Program-made: the position numbers and the translations under genes
Notes under the pieces: generated by a model
What the model was told of the DNA's origin: nothing
Databases searched by the model: none
What the model saw: the letters and a program-made list of their open reading frames with translations, nothing else
In this document: positions 1 through 10,741 of the stretch, piece after piece
Position numbering within the stretch: position 1 is the stretch's first letter
How the letters are laid out: the number at the start of each line of letters is the position of its first letter
Source of the DNA: an uncultured Chloroflexia bacterium
GTDB lineage: Bacteria > Chloroflexota > Dehalococcoidia > UBA2979
Assembly (NCBI GenBank): GCA_963728205.1
Contig: CAVSIV010000004.1
Coordinates: 96,001 to 160,000 of the forward strand
DNA: 64,000 nucleotides
Direction of reading: 5' to 3'

Positions 1-435
1 CTCGACGGCGTCGTGCCGCGCACCCGCCTGCCCGACGTCATGCACCAGGTGATGACGCTCTCGGCGCGCTACGGCTTCCGCTGCGCGAACATCTTCCACG
101 CCGGCGACGGCAACCTGCACCCAAACATCATGTTCGACCCCGACGTCCCGGGAGCGACCGAGCGCGTGCTCGAGCTCGGCGGCGAGATCATGCGCGCGTG
201 CGTCGACGCCGGTGGCTCAATCACGGGCGAGCACGGGATCGGTTACGAGAAGCGGTCATACATGGAGTGGATCTTCAACGCGGCAGACCTCGACGCGATG
301 GAGCGCGTGCGCTTCGCCTTCGGCGGCGCCGACCGCTTCAACCCGTGCAAGGTGCTCCCGACCGGTCACGGCTGCGCGACCGGGCACTCGGCCGACGTGC
401 GCCGAGCGATCGCGACGCCGGGCGTCTACATTTAG
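1..435 (+). CDS. glcD: Glycolate oxidase subunit GlcD (C-terminal part, truncated by window start)
   Basis: Frame open from base 1; FAD-oxidase C-terminal motifs FHAGDGNLHP and GSITGEHGIG..K, NPCK; followed by glcE/glcF-like genes. Confidence 0.85.
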   Translation, partial: LDGVVPRTRLPDVMHQVMTLSARYGFRCANIFHAGDGNLHPNIMFDPDVPGATERVLELGGEIMRACVDAGGSITGEHGIGYEKRSYMEWIFNAADLDAMERVRFAFGGADRFNPCKVLPTGHGCATGHSADVRRAIATPGVYI

Positions 436-501
436 AGGCGCACGCACGCGCGACGCCCCGCCGCGCGGCATCCGGGCGCCCCACAGCAAGCAAGGGCTGC
501 G

Positions 502-1755
502 ATGAGCAACGCCGACCCGATCGACGCACTGCTGCGCCTCGCGCCGGACGATACGGAGCGCTCCGTACACGACTTCCCGCTCGACGGCCTCCTCCCGCGC
601 GCCGCGATCAGTCCCGGCACGCGTGACGAGGTCGCCGATCTGCTGCACGCCGCAGCGGAGCGCGACCTCGTCGTCGTGCCGCAGGGCGCGCGCACCGCGC
701 TCGCGCTCGGAAGGCCGGTGGACCGCTACGACGTCGCCCTCGACCTCACCGGCCTGCATCGCGTCGTGGAGTACGTACCCGACGACCTCACGGTGACCGT
801 GGAGGCCGGCCTCACGCTGCGCGACCTCCAGCGCACGCTCGCCGAGCACGGCCAGTACCTCCCCGTCGACCCGCCGCCCGGCGACGACGTCACCGTCGGC
901 GGGATGCTCGCGACCGCGCGCCCCGGCGCGTGGCGCGGCCATACGCCCGGCGTGCGCGACATCGTGCTGGGCCTCACCGCGGCGATGCCGGACGGCCGGC
1001 TCGCGAAGTCGGGCGGGCGCGTGGTGAAGAACGTGAGCGGGTACGACCTGCACCGGCTGCACACGGGCGCGCTCGGCGCGTTCGGCGTGATCGTGGAGGC
1101 GTCGTTCAAGCTCGCCCCGCTCCCGGCCGCGACGCGCACCGTCGCGCTCCGCTTCGGCGCGCCGGCCGACGCCGCGCGCGCCGCCCTCGAGCTGCGCGAC
1201 GCCGACCTCGCCGTGCGCGCGCTCGCGGTGCTCGCGCCGCGCGCCGCCGGGCACGCGGGGCTGCCGCACGAGCCGCACGTGCTGGTCGAGCTCGCCGGTG
1301 TGCCGGCCGCCGTCGAGCGCTCGGCCGCGGACATCACCACGCACGCCTCGCGCGCCGGCTTCGCGCCGGATGCCCCGGGCGACGCCCCGTGGGCGCGCCT
1401 GCGCGCGCTCGCCGGCGACCAGGACGCCACCGTCATCCGCGTCGGCGTGCCGCCGACGGCGCTCGCCGAGACGCTCGAAGCGGTCGTCGCCGCCGACTGC
1501 CTCGCCTGGGCACACGCCGCGACCGGCACGGTCTTCGGTCACGCCACCGCCGGCCTGCAACCCGACGCCGTCGCCGCGCTGCGCGCGCACGCGAAAGCAC
1601 GCGGCGGCTACCTTCAGGTCGAGTCGGCCTCGCCGGAGCTGCGCCGCCGCATCGACCCGTTCGACCTCGACGAGCTCACGCTCGTGCGCAGCCTCAAGGA
1701 GCAGTTCGACCCGGGCCACGCGATCAACCGGGGCCGGTGGGCGGAGGGCCTGTGA
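502..1755 (+). CDS. glcE: Glycolate oxidase FAD-binding subunit GlcE
   Basis: DLTVTVEAG, TVGG and GGRVVKNVSGYDL motifs; ends ...FDP..IN.GR. Confidence 0.85.
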   Translation: MSNADPIDALLRLAPDDTERSVHDFPLDGLLPRAAISPGTRDEVADLLHAAAERDLVVVPQGARTALALGRPVDRYDVALDLTGLHRVVEYVPDDLTVTVEAGLTLRDLQRTLAEHGQYLPVDPPPGDDVTVGGMLATARPGAWRGHTPGVRDIVLGLTAAMPDGRLAKSGGRVVKNVSGYDLHRLHTGALGAFGVIVEASFKLAPLPAATRTVALRFGAPADAARAALELRDADLAVRALAVLAPRAAGHAGLPHEPHVLVELAGVPAAVERSAADITTHASRAGFAPDAPGDAPWARLRALAGDQDATVIRVGVPPTALAETLEAVVAADCLAWAHAATGTVFGHATAGLQPDAVAALRAHAKARGGYLQVESASPELRRRIDPFDLDELTLVRSLKEQFDPGHAINRGRWAEGL

Positions 1756-3086
1756 CCGCGATCGACCCCGAGGCGCCGGCCGGCGTCGTGGTGCCCGCCC
1801 CGGGGCTGCGCTTCGTCGGCGCCGACATCCCGGCGCTCGCCGATCTCCAGAACTGCATCCACTGCGGGTTCTGCCTGCCCTCGTGCCCGACGTACGTCGC
1901 GACCGGCCAGGAGCTCGAGTCGCCGCGCGGCCGGCTGCACCTGATCAACGCCGTCGTCACGGGTCGCGCCGAGGTCACCGACCGGCTGCTCGGCCACCTC
2001 GACCTCTGCCTGCAGTGCCGTGCGTGCGAGACGGCGTGCCCGTCGTCCGTCCCCTACGGGCGGATCATGGAGGACGCGCGTGCGTCGATCATGGCGAACC
2101 CGGCGCGGCGCCAGCCGCGCGCCTGGCGCGCGCGGTCCTTCGTGCTGCGGCACGTGGTCGCGCGGCCGCGCGTGCTGCGCGCGGTCACCGGGCTGGGGCG
2201 GCTCTACGCGCGCAGCGGCATGCAGCGGCTCGTGCGCGGCCCGCTCGGCCGGCTGCTGCCGGCCGCGCTGCGGCGCATCGAGGCCAGCGCGCCCACCGTG
2301 CCGCCGCGCCCGTTCCGCCGCTCCGGCACGCTCGCCACGCCGCCCGCCGCGCGCACGCGCGTCGCGATGCTCACCGGCTGCATCGCCGGCGAGCTCACGC
2401 CGCGCATGCACGAGTCGACCGTGCGCGTGCTCGCGCGGCTCGGCTGCGAGGTCGTCGCGCCGCCCGACCAGGCGTGCTGCGGCGCGCTGCACAGCCACGC
2501 GGGCGATGCCGAGGCCGCGCGCGACCTCGCCCGGCGCAACATCGCCGCGTTCGAGGTGGCGGCCGTGGACGCCGTGATCGTGAACGCCGCCGGCTGCGGC
2601 GCCGCGATGAAGGAGTACGGCCGGCTGCTGCGCCACGACCCGCGCTGGGCCGAGCGCGCCGAGCGCTTCGTCGCCTCCGTGCGCGACGTCCTCGAGTTCG
2701 TCGCCGACCAGGACTTCGCGACGGGGCTCGGCCGCGTCGACGCCGACGTCACGCTGCAGGACGCCTGTCACCTGGCGCACGCGCAGGGCATCCGGGAGGC
2801 GCCGCGCCGCATCCTCCGCGCCATTCCCGGGGTGCGCCTCCACGAGATGGCGACGCCCGACCGCTGCTGCGGCTCCGCCGGCCTGTACTCGATGGTGCAG
2901 CCCGGCATGTCGAACGCCGTGCTCGATGCGAAGCTGCGCGACGTGACCGCGACGGGCGCGAGCGTCGTCTGCACGGAGAACCCGGGCTGTACGCTGCAGC
3001 TCCAGGCCGGCGTCCGCCGCGCGGGCCTCGACGCGGAGGTCCGGCACGTGATCGAGCTGCTGGACGCGTCCTACCGCGCCCCCTAG
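1752..3086 (+). CDS. glcF: Glycolate oxidase iron-sulfur subunit GlcF
   Basis: GTG start overlapping the glcE stop (GTGA); CIHCGFCLPSCPTY, ESPRGR, CLQCRACETACPS and two CCG domains. Confidence 0.9.
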   Translation: MTAIDPEAPAGVVVPAPGLRFVGADIPALADLQNCIHCGFCLPSCPTYVATGQELESPRGRLHLINAVVTGRAEVTDRLLGHLDLCLQCRACETACPSSVPYGRIMEDARASIMANPARRQPRAWRARSFVLRHVVARPRVLRAVTGLGRLYARSGMQRLVRGPLGRLLPAALRRIEASAPTVPPRPFRRSGTLATPPAARTRVAMLTGCIAGELTPRMHESTVRVLARLGCEVVAPPDQACCGALHSHAGDAEAARDLARRNIAAFEVAAVDAVIVNAAGCGAAMKEYGRLLRHDPRWAERAERFVASVRDVLEFVADQDFATGLGRVDADVTLQDACHLAHAQGIREAPRRILRAIPGVRLHEMATPDRCCGSAGLYSMVQPGMSNAVLDAKLRDVTATGASVVCTENPGCTLQLQAGVRRAGLDAEVRHVIELLDASYRAP

Positions 3087-4756
3087 GTCGGCGTCGCCGT
3101 CGGCAGGGACGCGGTGGTGGTCCAGCTCGACGCGAGCCACGCCATGTTGAAGTCGTACGCGCCGTACTCGTAGCCGGTGACGCGGCTCGTGACGCGCGCC
3201 TCCTCCACCGGCGCGGCGATGGGGAACATCGCCGGTACGTCGTCGAGGAGCAGTCGCTGCGCCTTGCGCGACTCGCGGGCGCGGTCGGCGGGGTTGAGCT
3301 GCGACAGCGCCGTGCGCACGGCCGCGTCGTAAACGGGGTTCGAGTAGCCCCACAGCGAGTAGCGGCCGTCGACGCCGCTCGCGGTGTGCAGGCGCAGCCC
3401 GAGGTCCGGGGTCGTCAGCCCGCTCATCTCGAAGACGGCGGCTTCGAAGTCGCCGGCGTTGAACGTGGCCTCCCAGCCCTTCGTGTCCTGGACGAGCGGG
3501 TGCGGGTCGAAGCCCGCCTCCGCCAGCTGCTCGGCGACGAGCTGGCCGTAACCGCGCAGCGGGTCGAGGTCGGGCAGCTGGATGCGAAACGAGAGCTTCT
3601 CCTGGCCGGCGGCCTGCAGCAGTGAGTGCGCCCGCGCGACGTCGCGCTGGTACACCGCGTTGGCGGCAAGCTCCGCCTGCGGCAGCGCGTCGGAGGCATG
3701 CGCCGGACCGACCGGGCCGCTGGTCATGCTGGGGTCGACGGCGAGCAGTGCGGGCCGGTCGAGCGCGAGCGCGATCGCCTGCCGCACGCGCTGATCCTGG
3801 AAGGCCTCGACGTGGCGCACCTGCGTGCCGCCGCGCTGGGGAAGCAGCGAGAGCCCGAGCCCCCGCATGCGCGTGGCGGGTCGGGTCATGCGCTGGACGC
3901 CCGGCGCCGGCGTGCCGACGGGCGACTGCGTCGCGGACTGCGCCCAGACGTCGAGCAGCCCGCTCGCGAAGCGCGCCGCCCAGTCCGCGTCGCTGCGAAA
4001 GTGGGCAACCGTGAGGGACGACAGCCGCGGGTAGCCCTTCTGGTGGTAGCCGGGGTGGCGCGACAGCGTGACCGTGCCGTCGCTGACGCTGCTCTGCGTC
4101 GGTATGAACGGCCCGCTCCCGAGGGGCTCCTGGAACGCGGCATAGCTCTGCTCCGACCGCACCCCGGCAGCGTGCGATCCGAGCAGCTCGAAGAGCAGGC
4201 AGAACGGGCCCTTCAGGTGCAGCGTCAGGACGTTCGAGTGGGTCTCGACCTTGTCGATGACCTGCGTGAAGAGAAACTCGCCCGCGGCGGCGCGGCGTTC
4301 GAAGTCGAACTGGATGTCGGATGCCCGCAGCGGCTGTGCGTGGCCATCGGCGCCGGGGTGAAAGTGCGCGTCGTTCGTCAGCGTGAAGTTCACCGTGACG
4401 GCGTCGGGGGCCTCGACCTTCGTCGCGAGGTCGCCGTAGATCGTCGCGGAGCGCGGGTCGACGGCAACGAGCCGCGAGTAGGCGTAGAAGCGGGTGTCGT
4501 CGGAGAGGTGGGCGGGATCGAGGGTGGTGCTGTCGAGCACGCCGAGGCGCGCGACGCCTGTGGGGGCGGGGGTCTGAGCCCTGGCGCGCGGCTGGAGCTC
4601 GAGTTTCCGGGGCAGGCCCGCGTCGTCGGGCGTACCGGATGGTACGGCGCCCCCGCCGCCGCAAGCGGCGGTGAAGAGGGCGGCGCCGGTGGCTCCGGCT
4701 CCGAGGCGCAGCGCGGCGCGACGGCTGTAGCGACGAGACACCCGTCGGCGCTCCAT
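3083..4756 (-). CDS. ABC transporter solute-binding protein family 5 (OppA/DppA-like), Tat-exported lipoprotein
   Basis: Start MERRRVSRRYSRRAALRLG with lipobox FTAAC; GSGPF, FQDQRVRQAIALALDR and YSNP motifs; orphan (no permeases adjacent). Confidence 0.8.
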   Translation of the reverse strand: MERRRVSRRYSRRAALRLGAGATGAALFTAACGGGGAVPSGTPDDAGLPRKLELQPRARAQTPAPTGVARLGVLDSTTLDPAHLSDDTRFYAYSRLVAVDPRSATIYGDLATKVEAPDAVTVNFTLTNDAHFHPGADGHAQPLRASDIQFDFERRAAAGEFLFTQVIDKVETHSNVLTLHLKGPFCLLFELLGSHAAGVRSEQSYAAFQEPLGSGPFIPTQSSVSDGTVTLSRHPGYHQKGYPRLSSLTVAHFRSDADWAARFASGLLDVWAQSATQSPVGTPAPGVQRMTRPATRMRGLGLSLLPQRGGTQVRHVEAFQDQRVRQAIALALDRPALLAVDPSMTSGPVGPAHASDALPQAELAANAVYQRDVARAHSLLQAAGQEKLSFRIQLPDLDPLRGYGQLVAEQLAEAGFDPHPLVQDTKGWEATFNAGDFEAAVFEMSGLTTPDLGLRLHTASGVDGRYSLWGYSNPVYDAAVRTALSQLNPADRARESRKAQRLLLDDVPAMFPIAAPVEEARVTSRVTGYEYGAYDFNMAWLASSWTTTASLPTATPT

Positions 4757-4895
4757 CCCGGTCTGGCTCCAGCGCGGCGGGGAGTGACGGGCGTCATCGT
4801 AGGGGCGGGGTGCGCCTCGGACCAGCGCTGCGCGCTGCGAACGCCCGGTCGTCCTGGCGTGCGCGAGATGGCCGTGGCCCCGTAGGATCACCGCC

Positions 4896-5534
4896 GTGCG
4901 TGAGATCGACGAGACCCCCGATTCCACCCGTCCGCGCAACGTCTGGCCGCGGCTGCTCGCGTTCGCGTTCGTGGTCGTCGGTGCCGGCGTCGCCGTGATC
5001 GCGTGCGTCGCTGCGTTCGCGCGCAGCGTGCCGCCGCGCGAGCTGACCGTGCCCCTCGCGCAGCTGGAGCCGGGGCGGCCGCAGCTGCTGGCGGTGACGA
5101 CCTGGGGCGCCGACCGCGGCGGCCACACCTTCGGCGCGTGGGTCGTGATCATGCCCGAGAGCGGCGACGCGCACGCCTACCTCTCGCGCGATCCGGCCAC
5201 CGGGTGCCAGGTCGTATGGCGCGTGGTCGCGCAGGCCGGCCGGCCGACGCACGACGCGTTCGTCGACGCGTGCGACGCGAGCGTGGAGTTCGGGCTCGAC
5301 GGGACGCCATCGGGCACGGCGGCGCCGCCGCCGCGCGCGCTCGATCACTTCGAGGTTGCGGTGGCGAACGGCAAGCTCACGGTCCCGATCGAGCAGGTCC
5401 AGCTCGGCGACTGCGTGCCCGGGGCGACGGGAGCGGCGTACGACAGCGCCGGCTGCTCGAGCGCGGGCGCGCCCCGATTCAAGAACCTCCCCGCCGGCCC
5501 GCTGGCCGGCGACGAGGGCCTGCGCCAGCACTGA
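4896..5534 (+). CDS. Membrane-anchored Rieske-like protein with degenerate cluster ligands
   Basis: N-terminal TM helix; RDPATGC...FVDACDASVEF.LDG...PPPRALDHFEV aligns by eye to Rieske boxes CTHLGC / CPCHGS.F..DG...PAPR.L. Confidence 0.55.
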   Translation: MREIDETPDSTRPRNVWPRLLAFAFVVVGAGVAVIACVAAFARSVPPRELTVPLAQLEPGRPQLLAVTTWGADRGGHTFGAWVVIMPESGDAHAYLSRDPATGCQVVWRVVAQAGRPTHDAFVDACDASVEFGLDGTPSGTAAPPPRALDHFEVAVANGKLTVPIEQVQLGDCVPGATGAAYDSAGCSSAGAPRFKNLPAGPLAGDEGLRQH

Positions 5535-5562
5535 TCGCCCGCCTGCGGGCTGACGGACCACA

Positions 5563-5589
5563 CAACGGCCGCCCCGAGGGCGGCCGTTG
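5563..5589. terminator. Hairpin between convergent genes (probable end of suf operon)
   Basis: Perfect 12-bp inverted repeat CAACGGCCGCCC-cga-GGGCGGCCGTTG. Confidence 0.7.
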
Positions 5590-5613
5590 CGGTGAGCGGA
5601 CGCAGAGGCGCGG

Positions 5614-5940
5614 CTACCAGATGCCGAGCGCCATCTTCACATCCTCGGAAGCCATGGTGCGCGGGTCCCAGGGCGGGCTCCAGACGAGGTTGACCTCGAC
5701 GTCTTCCACGCCCTCCATCTGCGAGACCTGGTGATAAATCATCCCCTGCAGCATGGGCCCAATCGGGCAGGCCGGCGACGTGAGCGTCATGTCCACCGTC
5801 ACCATCCCCTGGTCGTCGATCTCGACCCCGTAGACCAGGCCGAGCTCGGTGATCGGCATGCGCAGCTCAGGGTCCTCGACCCCGCGTAGCACCTCGCGGA
5901 TCTCGTCGACCGTCGGTCGAGTGGTCGTCGTCTCACTCAT
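5614..5940 (-). CDS. sufT: Fe-S assembly protein SufT (DUF59)
   Basis: DPEL..I.ELGLVY, MTLTSPACP and VWSPPW motifs; last gene of suf operon. Confidence 0.9.
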   Translation of the reverse strand: MSETTTTRPTVDEIREVLRGVEDPELRMPITELGLVYGVEIDDQGMVTVDMTLTSPACPIGPMLQGMIYHQVSQMEGVEDVEVNLVWSPPWDPRTMASEDVKMALGIW

Positions 5941-6406
5941 CTCCGGGGCTCCTCTCGTCGGTTGTGACAGGCCCGCCCATCTCGGGGTGTTCGAGCGCCT
6001 GTCGCAGCGTCTTCCACGCGAGCGATGCGCACTTCACGCGCGCCGGGAACTTCGCCACGCCGACCAGCGCCTCGATGTCGCCGAAGTCGTCCACCGGCGG
6101 CTTGCCGGTGACCATCATCGACTGGAAGTCATCGATCGCCTGCTCGGCGCGCTCGACCGACCGGCCCTGCACGTACTCGGTCATCATCGAGGCGGAGGCC
6201 TGGGAGATGGAGCAGCCCGTGCCGGTGAACTCGACCTCGCGCAGGAGACCGTCCTCGACGTCCACGTCGAGGTGGATCTGGTCGCCGCACAGCGGGTTCG
6301 CGCCGTCCGCCGAGCACGTCGGCGCGGGCATCGACCCCTTGTGGCGTGGATTGCGGTAGTGGTCGAGGAGGATCTCGCGGTAGAGGTCTTCCATCAGGTC
6401 AGGCAT
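5933..6406 (-). CDS. sufU: SUF system sulfur-transfer/scaffold protein SufU
   Basis: LYREILLDHYRNP, NPLCGD, GCSISQASASMM and RVKCA motifs. Confidence 0.93.
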   Translation of the reverse strand: MPDLMEDLYREILLDHYRNPRHKGSMPAPTCSADGANPLCGDQIHLDVDVEDGLLREVEFTGTGCSISQASASMMTEYVQGRSVERAEQAIDDFQSMMVTGKPPVDDFGDIEALVGVAKFPARVKCASLAWKTLRQALEHPEMGGPVTTDERSPGDE

Positions 6407-7664
6407 GCACGCCTCCAAAGAACCGCGCTGCCTCCTCGATGGCGTCGGCGAGCACGTCGATCTCGCCCTTCGTGTTGTAGAGATAGAACGAGGCGCGCGC
6501 GGTGGCGGGGACCTTGAGCTTCGCCATGACGGGCTGCGCACAGTGGTGCCCCGCGCGCACCGCCACGCCGCGGCTGTCCAGCACCTGGCCGACGTCGTGC
6601 GGGTGCACGTCCTCGACGGCGAACGACACGACGCCGCCACGATCGTCCGCGCTGGGTGGACCGAAGATGGTCACGCCCGGCAGATCGCCGAGGCGCCGCA
6701 GCGCGTAGTCGACGAGCTCGTGCTCGTGCCGGCGGATGTGATCCATGCCGAGCGCCTGCAGGTAGTCGATCGCGGCCGCGAAGCCGATCACGCCCGCAAT
6801 GTTGGGGGTTCCGGCCTCGAACTTGTACGGGACCTCATTCCAGGTCGACTGCTCCATGGATACGGTGAGGATCATCTCGCCGCCGCCCATGAAGGGATCC
6901 ATCGACTCGAGCAGCTCCTGCCGGCCCCACAGGACGCCGACACCCGTGGGGCCCAGCATCTTGTGAGCCGAGAAAGCGAGGAAGTCCGCGCCCAGCGCCT
7001 GCACGTCGACCGGGAGGTGCGGCACGCTCTGCGCACCGTCGACCAGCACCGTGGCGCCCTGCGCCTTCGCGAGCGGGATCAGCTCCGCGAGCGGGACGAT
7101 CGTGCCCAGCGCGTTCGACATCGCCGTGATCGCGAACAGCTTCGTGCGCGGACCGATGAGGACGCGCGCCGCTTCCATGTCGAGCGTGCCGTCGGGGAGC
7201 ATGGGGATGTACTTGAGCACGATGCCGCGCTCGTCGCGAAGCATCTGCCACGGGACGATGTTCGAGTGGTGCTCGAGCTCAGTGATCAGCACCTCGTCGC
7301 CGGCGCGCAGGAACTTCCGCCCCCAGGCGTGGGCGACCAGGTTGATCGACTCGGTCGTGTTTCGCGTGAAGACGATCTCGGTGGCGCGCGGGGCGTTGAT
7401 GAACGCCGCGACCTTCGCGCGCGCGTCCTCGAACATCTCGCTCGCCTCCATCGAGAGCGCATGCACGCCCCGGTGGATGTTCGCGTTGTGGTCGCGGTAG
7501 AAGCGCGTGATCTCGGCGATCACCTGCACGGGGCGCTGCGACGTCGCGGCGTTGTCGAGGTAGACCAGAGGCACGTCGCCGTTCACCAGGCGCTTGAGCA
7601 CCGGGAAGTCGCGCCGGATCAGATCCAGGTCGAACGGGCGGTGGCCGTTTTCCCGTGCCGTCAT
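6399..7664 (-). CDS. sufS: Cysteine desulfurase SufS
   Basis: YLDNAATSQRP, FSAHKMLGPTG (PLP Lys) and RAGHHCA (type II) motifs. Confidence 0.95.
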   Translation of the reverse strand: MTARENGHRPFDLDLIRRDFPVLKRLVNGDVPLVYLDNAATSQRPVQVIAEITRFYRDHNANIHRGVHALSMEASEMFEDARAKVAAFINAPRATEIVFTRNTTESINLVAHAWGRKFLRAGDEVLITELEHHSNIVPWQMLRDERGIVLKYIPMLPDGTLDMEAARVLIGPRTKLFAITAMSNALGTIVPLAELIPLAKAQGATVLVDGAQSVPHLPVDVQALGADFLAFSAHKMLGPTGVGVLWGRQELLESMDPFMGGGEMILTVSMEQSTWNEVPYKFEAGTPNIAGVIGFAAAIDYLQALGMDHIRRHEHELVDYALRRLGDLPGVTIFGPPSADDRGGVVSFAVEDVHPHDVGQVLDSRGVAVRAGHHCAQPVMAKLKVPATARASFYLYNTKGEIDVLADAIEEAARFFGGVHA

Positions 7665-7708
7665 CGTCGTCTTCGATTCGTTCGTCGTCGTCGTTCCTCG
7701 TCAGGCGC

Positions 7709-8035
7709 TCAGTCGCCGCACTCGATATAGACGTCGTCCCCGTCGACGGCGACGTCATAGGCCCGCACGTCGCGCACGGCCGGCAGACTGAGCACCTTGC
7801 CGGTCTTCGCGTCGAAGGCCGCGCCGTGGCGCGGGCAGATCACGCGCCCGCGCTGCAGCCGGCCCTCGCCGAGCGGTCCGTTGTCGTGGGTGCACCGGTT
7901 GTCGATTGCGTACAGCGTGCCGTCCACGTTGCTGACCGCCAGCGACTGCTCGCCACACGCCATCACTCGCACCTGGCCCTCGGGCACGTCGTCCTTCGCG
8001 CACACACGTTGCCTGGTCACGAAATGCCTCTCCAT
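7709..8035 (-). CDS. Rieske-type ferredoxin of suf operon
   Basis: CTH and CPRHG ligands intact; position between sufD and sufS. Confidence 0.9.
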   Translation of the reverse strand: MERHFVTRQRVCAKDDVPEGQVRVMACGEQSLAVSNVDGTLYAIDNRCTHDNGPLGEGRLQRGRVICPRHGAAFDAKTGKVLSLPAVRDVRAYDVAVDGDDVYIECGD

Positions 8036-8062
8036 ACACGCGCGGCGCCGGCTGCGGCGCTC

Positions 8063-9322
8063 CTAGAGCTCCGCCGTCTCGAGCTTCGCGTGGACCGCCG
8101 ACTCCAGCTCCTCGTCGAGCCCCTCCACGTTCATGTCCGCGAGGACGGAGTGGAAGAAGCCCGCGACGATGAGCTGCAGCGCCTGGCGCTCGTGGAGCCC
8201 GCGGCTCTGGAGGTAGAACAGCGCATCGCGGTCCACCGGACCCACCGTCGCGCCGTGGCCGCAGCGGATGACGTCGGACGTCAGGATCTCGAGCACCGGA
8301 TCGGAATCGGCCTTCGCGTGCCCCGACAGCAGCAGGTTGCGGTTCTCCTGCTGCGCGTTCGCGCCGGCCGCCGTCTCCTCGACGCGCGTGACGCCGTAGT
8401 AGACGGACTTCGACGCGCCGGCGAGCGCCGACTTGATCTGGACGTCCGACTGCGTATGCGGGCCGATGTGATCCTGCAGCGTCACGAAGTCGAAGTGCTG
8501 GTCGCCGGCGCCGAGCGCCGCGCCGCGAATCGTCGACTGCCCGCCTTCGCCCTCGACGAGCGACTCGAGCGTCTGCTTCACCAGCGCGCCGCCGATCGCC
8601 AGCGACGCGACCTGGACGTGCGCGCCGCGCCCGACGCGCGAGCGAAGGGTCGCAAACTCCTGCGTCGCGCCGCCCCAGCGCTCGTCGAGCACGAGCCGCA
8701 CGATGGCGTCGGCGCCGGCGACGACCTCGATCACCGGCACGGCCAGCAGCGCCGTCTCGTTCGAGCGGCTGCGGACGTGGATGGTGACCTCGGACGCCGG
8801 CTCCGCGACGATCAGCAGCCGCGGCAGGAACGCCTGCTGTGCGCCGGGCGACGCGTCGACGTGCACCCCCACTGGCTGCTCGAAGCGCCCGCCGCGCGGC
8901 GCGTGCACGAAGACCCCGCCGCTCCAGAGGGCCGCGTTCATCGCCGGGAACTTGCCCTCGGTGGCGCGCACGAGCGTGCCGAGGTGCGCGCGCACCATCT
9001 CCGCGTGCGCGTCATCGTCGAGCGCGCCCGCGAGCGACCCTGCGTACCCGCCCGCCGGCACCGTCGCCTCGACGGTCGTCCAACCGGCGGCATCCGCCGC
9101 CGGATACGCGTCGAGCGCCAGCCCGGTGACGTCGGTGTACTTCCACGGGCGCAGCTTCGGCGTCGGCATCGGCGTCGCCGCGTACGCGCGCGCCGCCTCC
9201 AGCCGCTGCTCGACAAGCCACCCCGGCTCGCCGCGACCCTCGGCCGCCGCGCGGATTGCCGCCTCGGCGAACGCACCGCCCGGCCCCGTGGCCGCCGCCG
9301 TCCCAGTCGTCGGTTCCGCCAT
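8063..9322 (-). CDS. sufD: Fe-S assembly protein SufD
   Basis: C-terminal part of ORF 8063..10741 from MAEPTTG; WKYTD, NRNLLLS, P.LEI...[10 protein letters not shown] and LFYLQSRG motifs. Confidence 0.9.
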   Translation of the reverse strand: MAEPTTGTAAATGPGGAFAEAAIRAAAEGRGEPGWLVEQRLEAARAYAATPMPTPKLRPWKYTDVTGLALDAYPAADAAGWTTVEATVPAGGYAGSLAGALDDDAHAEMVRAHLGTLVRATEGKFPAMNAALWSGGVFVHAPRGGRFEQPVGVHVDASPGAQQAFLPRLLIVAEPASEVTIHVRSRSNETALLAVPVIEVVAGADAIVRLVLDERWGGATQEFATLRSRVGRGAHVQVASLAIGGALVKQTLESLVEGEGGQSTIRGAALGAGDQHFDFVTLQDHIGPHTQSDVQIKSALAGASKSVYYGVTRVEETAAGANAQQENRNLLLSGHAKADSDPVLEILTSDVIRCGHGATVGPVDRDALFYLQSRGLHERQALQLIVAGFFHSVLADMNVEGLDEELESAVHAKLETAEL

Positions 9323-9324
9323 GG

Positions 9325-10741
9325 CTAGCCGACCGACCCTTCCATCTGCAGCTCGATCAGGCGGTTCAGCTCGATCGCGTACTCCATCGGGAGTTCCTTC
9401 ACGATCGGCTCGACGAAGCCGTTCACGACCATCTTGGCCGCGCTCTCCTCGTCGATCCCCCGCGACATCAGGTAGAAGAGCTGATCCTCGCCGAGCTTCG
9501 AGACCGACGCCTCGTGCCCGATGTTCACCCGCTCCTCGTCGATCTCCATCGTGGGGTAGGTGTCCGACCGCGAGTTCTCGTCGAGCAGCAGCGCGTCGCA
9601 GCGCACCGTCGACGACGAGTTCACCGCGCCTTCGTAGACCTTGAGCAGGCCGCGATACGAGGTGCGCCCGTTCCCGCGCGAGACCGACTTCGACACGATC
9701 GCCGACGACGTGTCGGGCGCGACGTGGATCACCTTGCCGCCCGCGTCCTGGTGCTGCCCCTCGCCGGCGAAGGCGAGCGAGAGGATCTCGCCGTGCGCCC
9801 GCGGCCCCATGAGGTACACCGACGGGTACTTCATCGTGAGCATGGAGCCGAGGTTGCCGTCGACCCACTCCATGATCGGCGTCCTCGTACGCGTAGGCGC
9901 GCTTCGTCACGAGGTTGTAGACGTTGTTCGACCAGTTCTGGATCGTCGTGTAGCGGACGCGCGCGCCCTTCTTCACGACGATCTCCACGACCGCCGAGTG
10001 CAGCGACGCGGTGCTGTAGATCGGGGCCGTGCAGCCCTCGACGTAGTGCACCTGCGAGCCCTCGTCCGCGATGATCAGCGTCCGCTCGAACTGGCCCATG
10101 TTCTCGGTGTTGATGCGGAAGTAGGCCTGGAGCGGGATGTCGACCTTCACGCCCTTCGGCACGTAGATGAACGAGCCGCCGGACCACACCGCGGAGTTCA
10201 GCGCGGCGAACCTGTTGTCGCCGGGCGGGATGATCGTGCCGAAGTACTCCTCGACGATCTCCGGGTGCTCCGCGAGCCCCTGGTCCATGCCGAGGAAGAG
10301 CACGCCCTGCTTCTCGAGGTCCTCGCGGATGTTGTGGTAGACGACCTCGGAGTCGTACTGCGCGCCGGCGCCGGCGAGGAACTTCCGCTCCGCCTCCGGG
10401 ATGCCCAGCTTGTCGAAGGTGTTCTTGATGTACTCCGGGACGTCGTCCCAGTTCGTCGAGTCCTTGTCCGTGGCACGGACGTAGTAGCGGATATTGTCGA
10501 AGTCGATCGCGTCGAGCAGCTCGGGGCTGCCGGCCCACGACGGGTTCTCGAGCTCGAGGAAGCGGTGGTAGGCGTCGAGACGGAAGTCGAGCATCCACTG
10601 CGGCTCGTTCTTCGTCTTCGACATCGCGCGGATCACGCCTTCGTTGAGGCCGCGTTCCGACATGAACAGCGGCACTTCCGTGTCGTGGAAGCCCCACTTG
10701 TACTCGCCGACGATGCTCCGGTTCTGCTTCGCGGTCGTCAC
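9325..10741 (-). CDS. sufB: Fe-S assembly protein SufB (one apparent +1 frameshift near 9878)
   Basis: [17 protein letters not shown] and YNLVTKRA in one frame; [10 protein letters not shown]...[20 protein letters not shown] in the next. Confidence 0.92.

Noticed and set aside
8063-10741. Apparent 892-aa SufB-SufD fusion
   Set aside because: Caused by the sufB frameshift at ~9878. The middle segment is out-of-frame junk and the true SufB C-terminus is in ORF 9325..9873.
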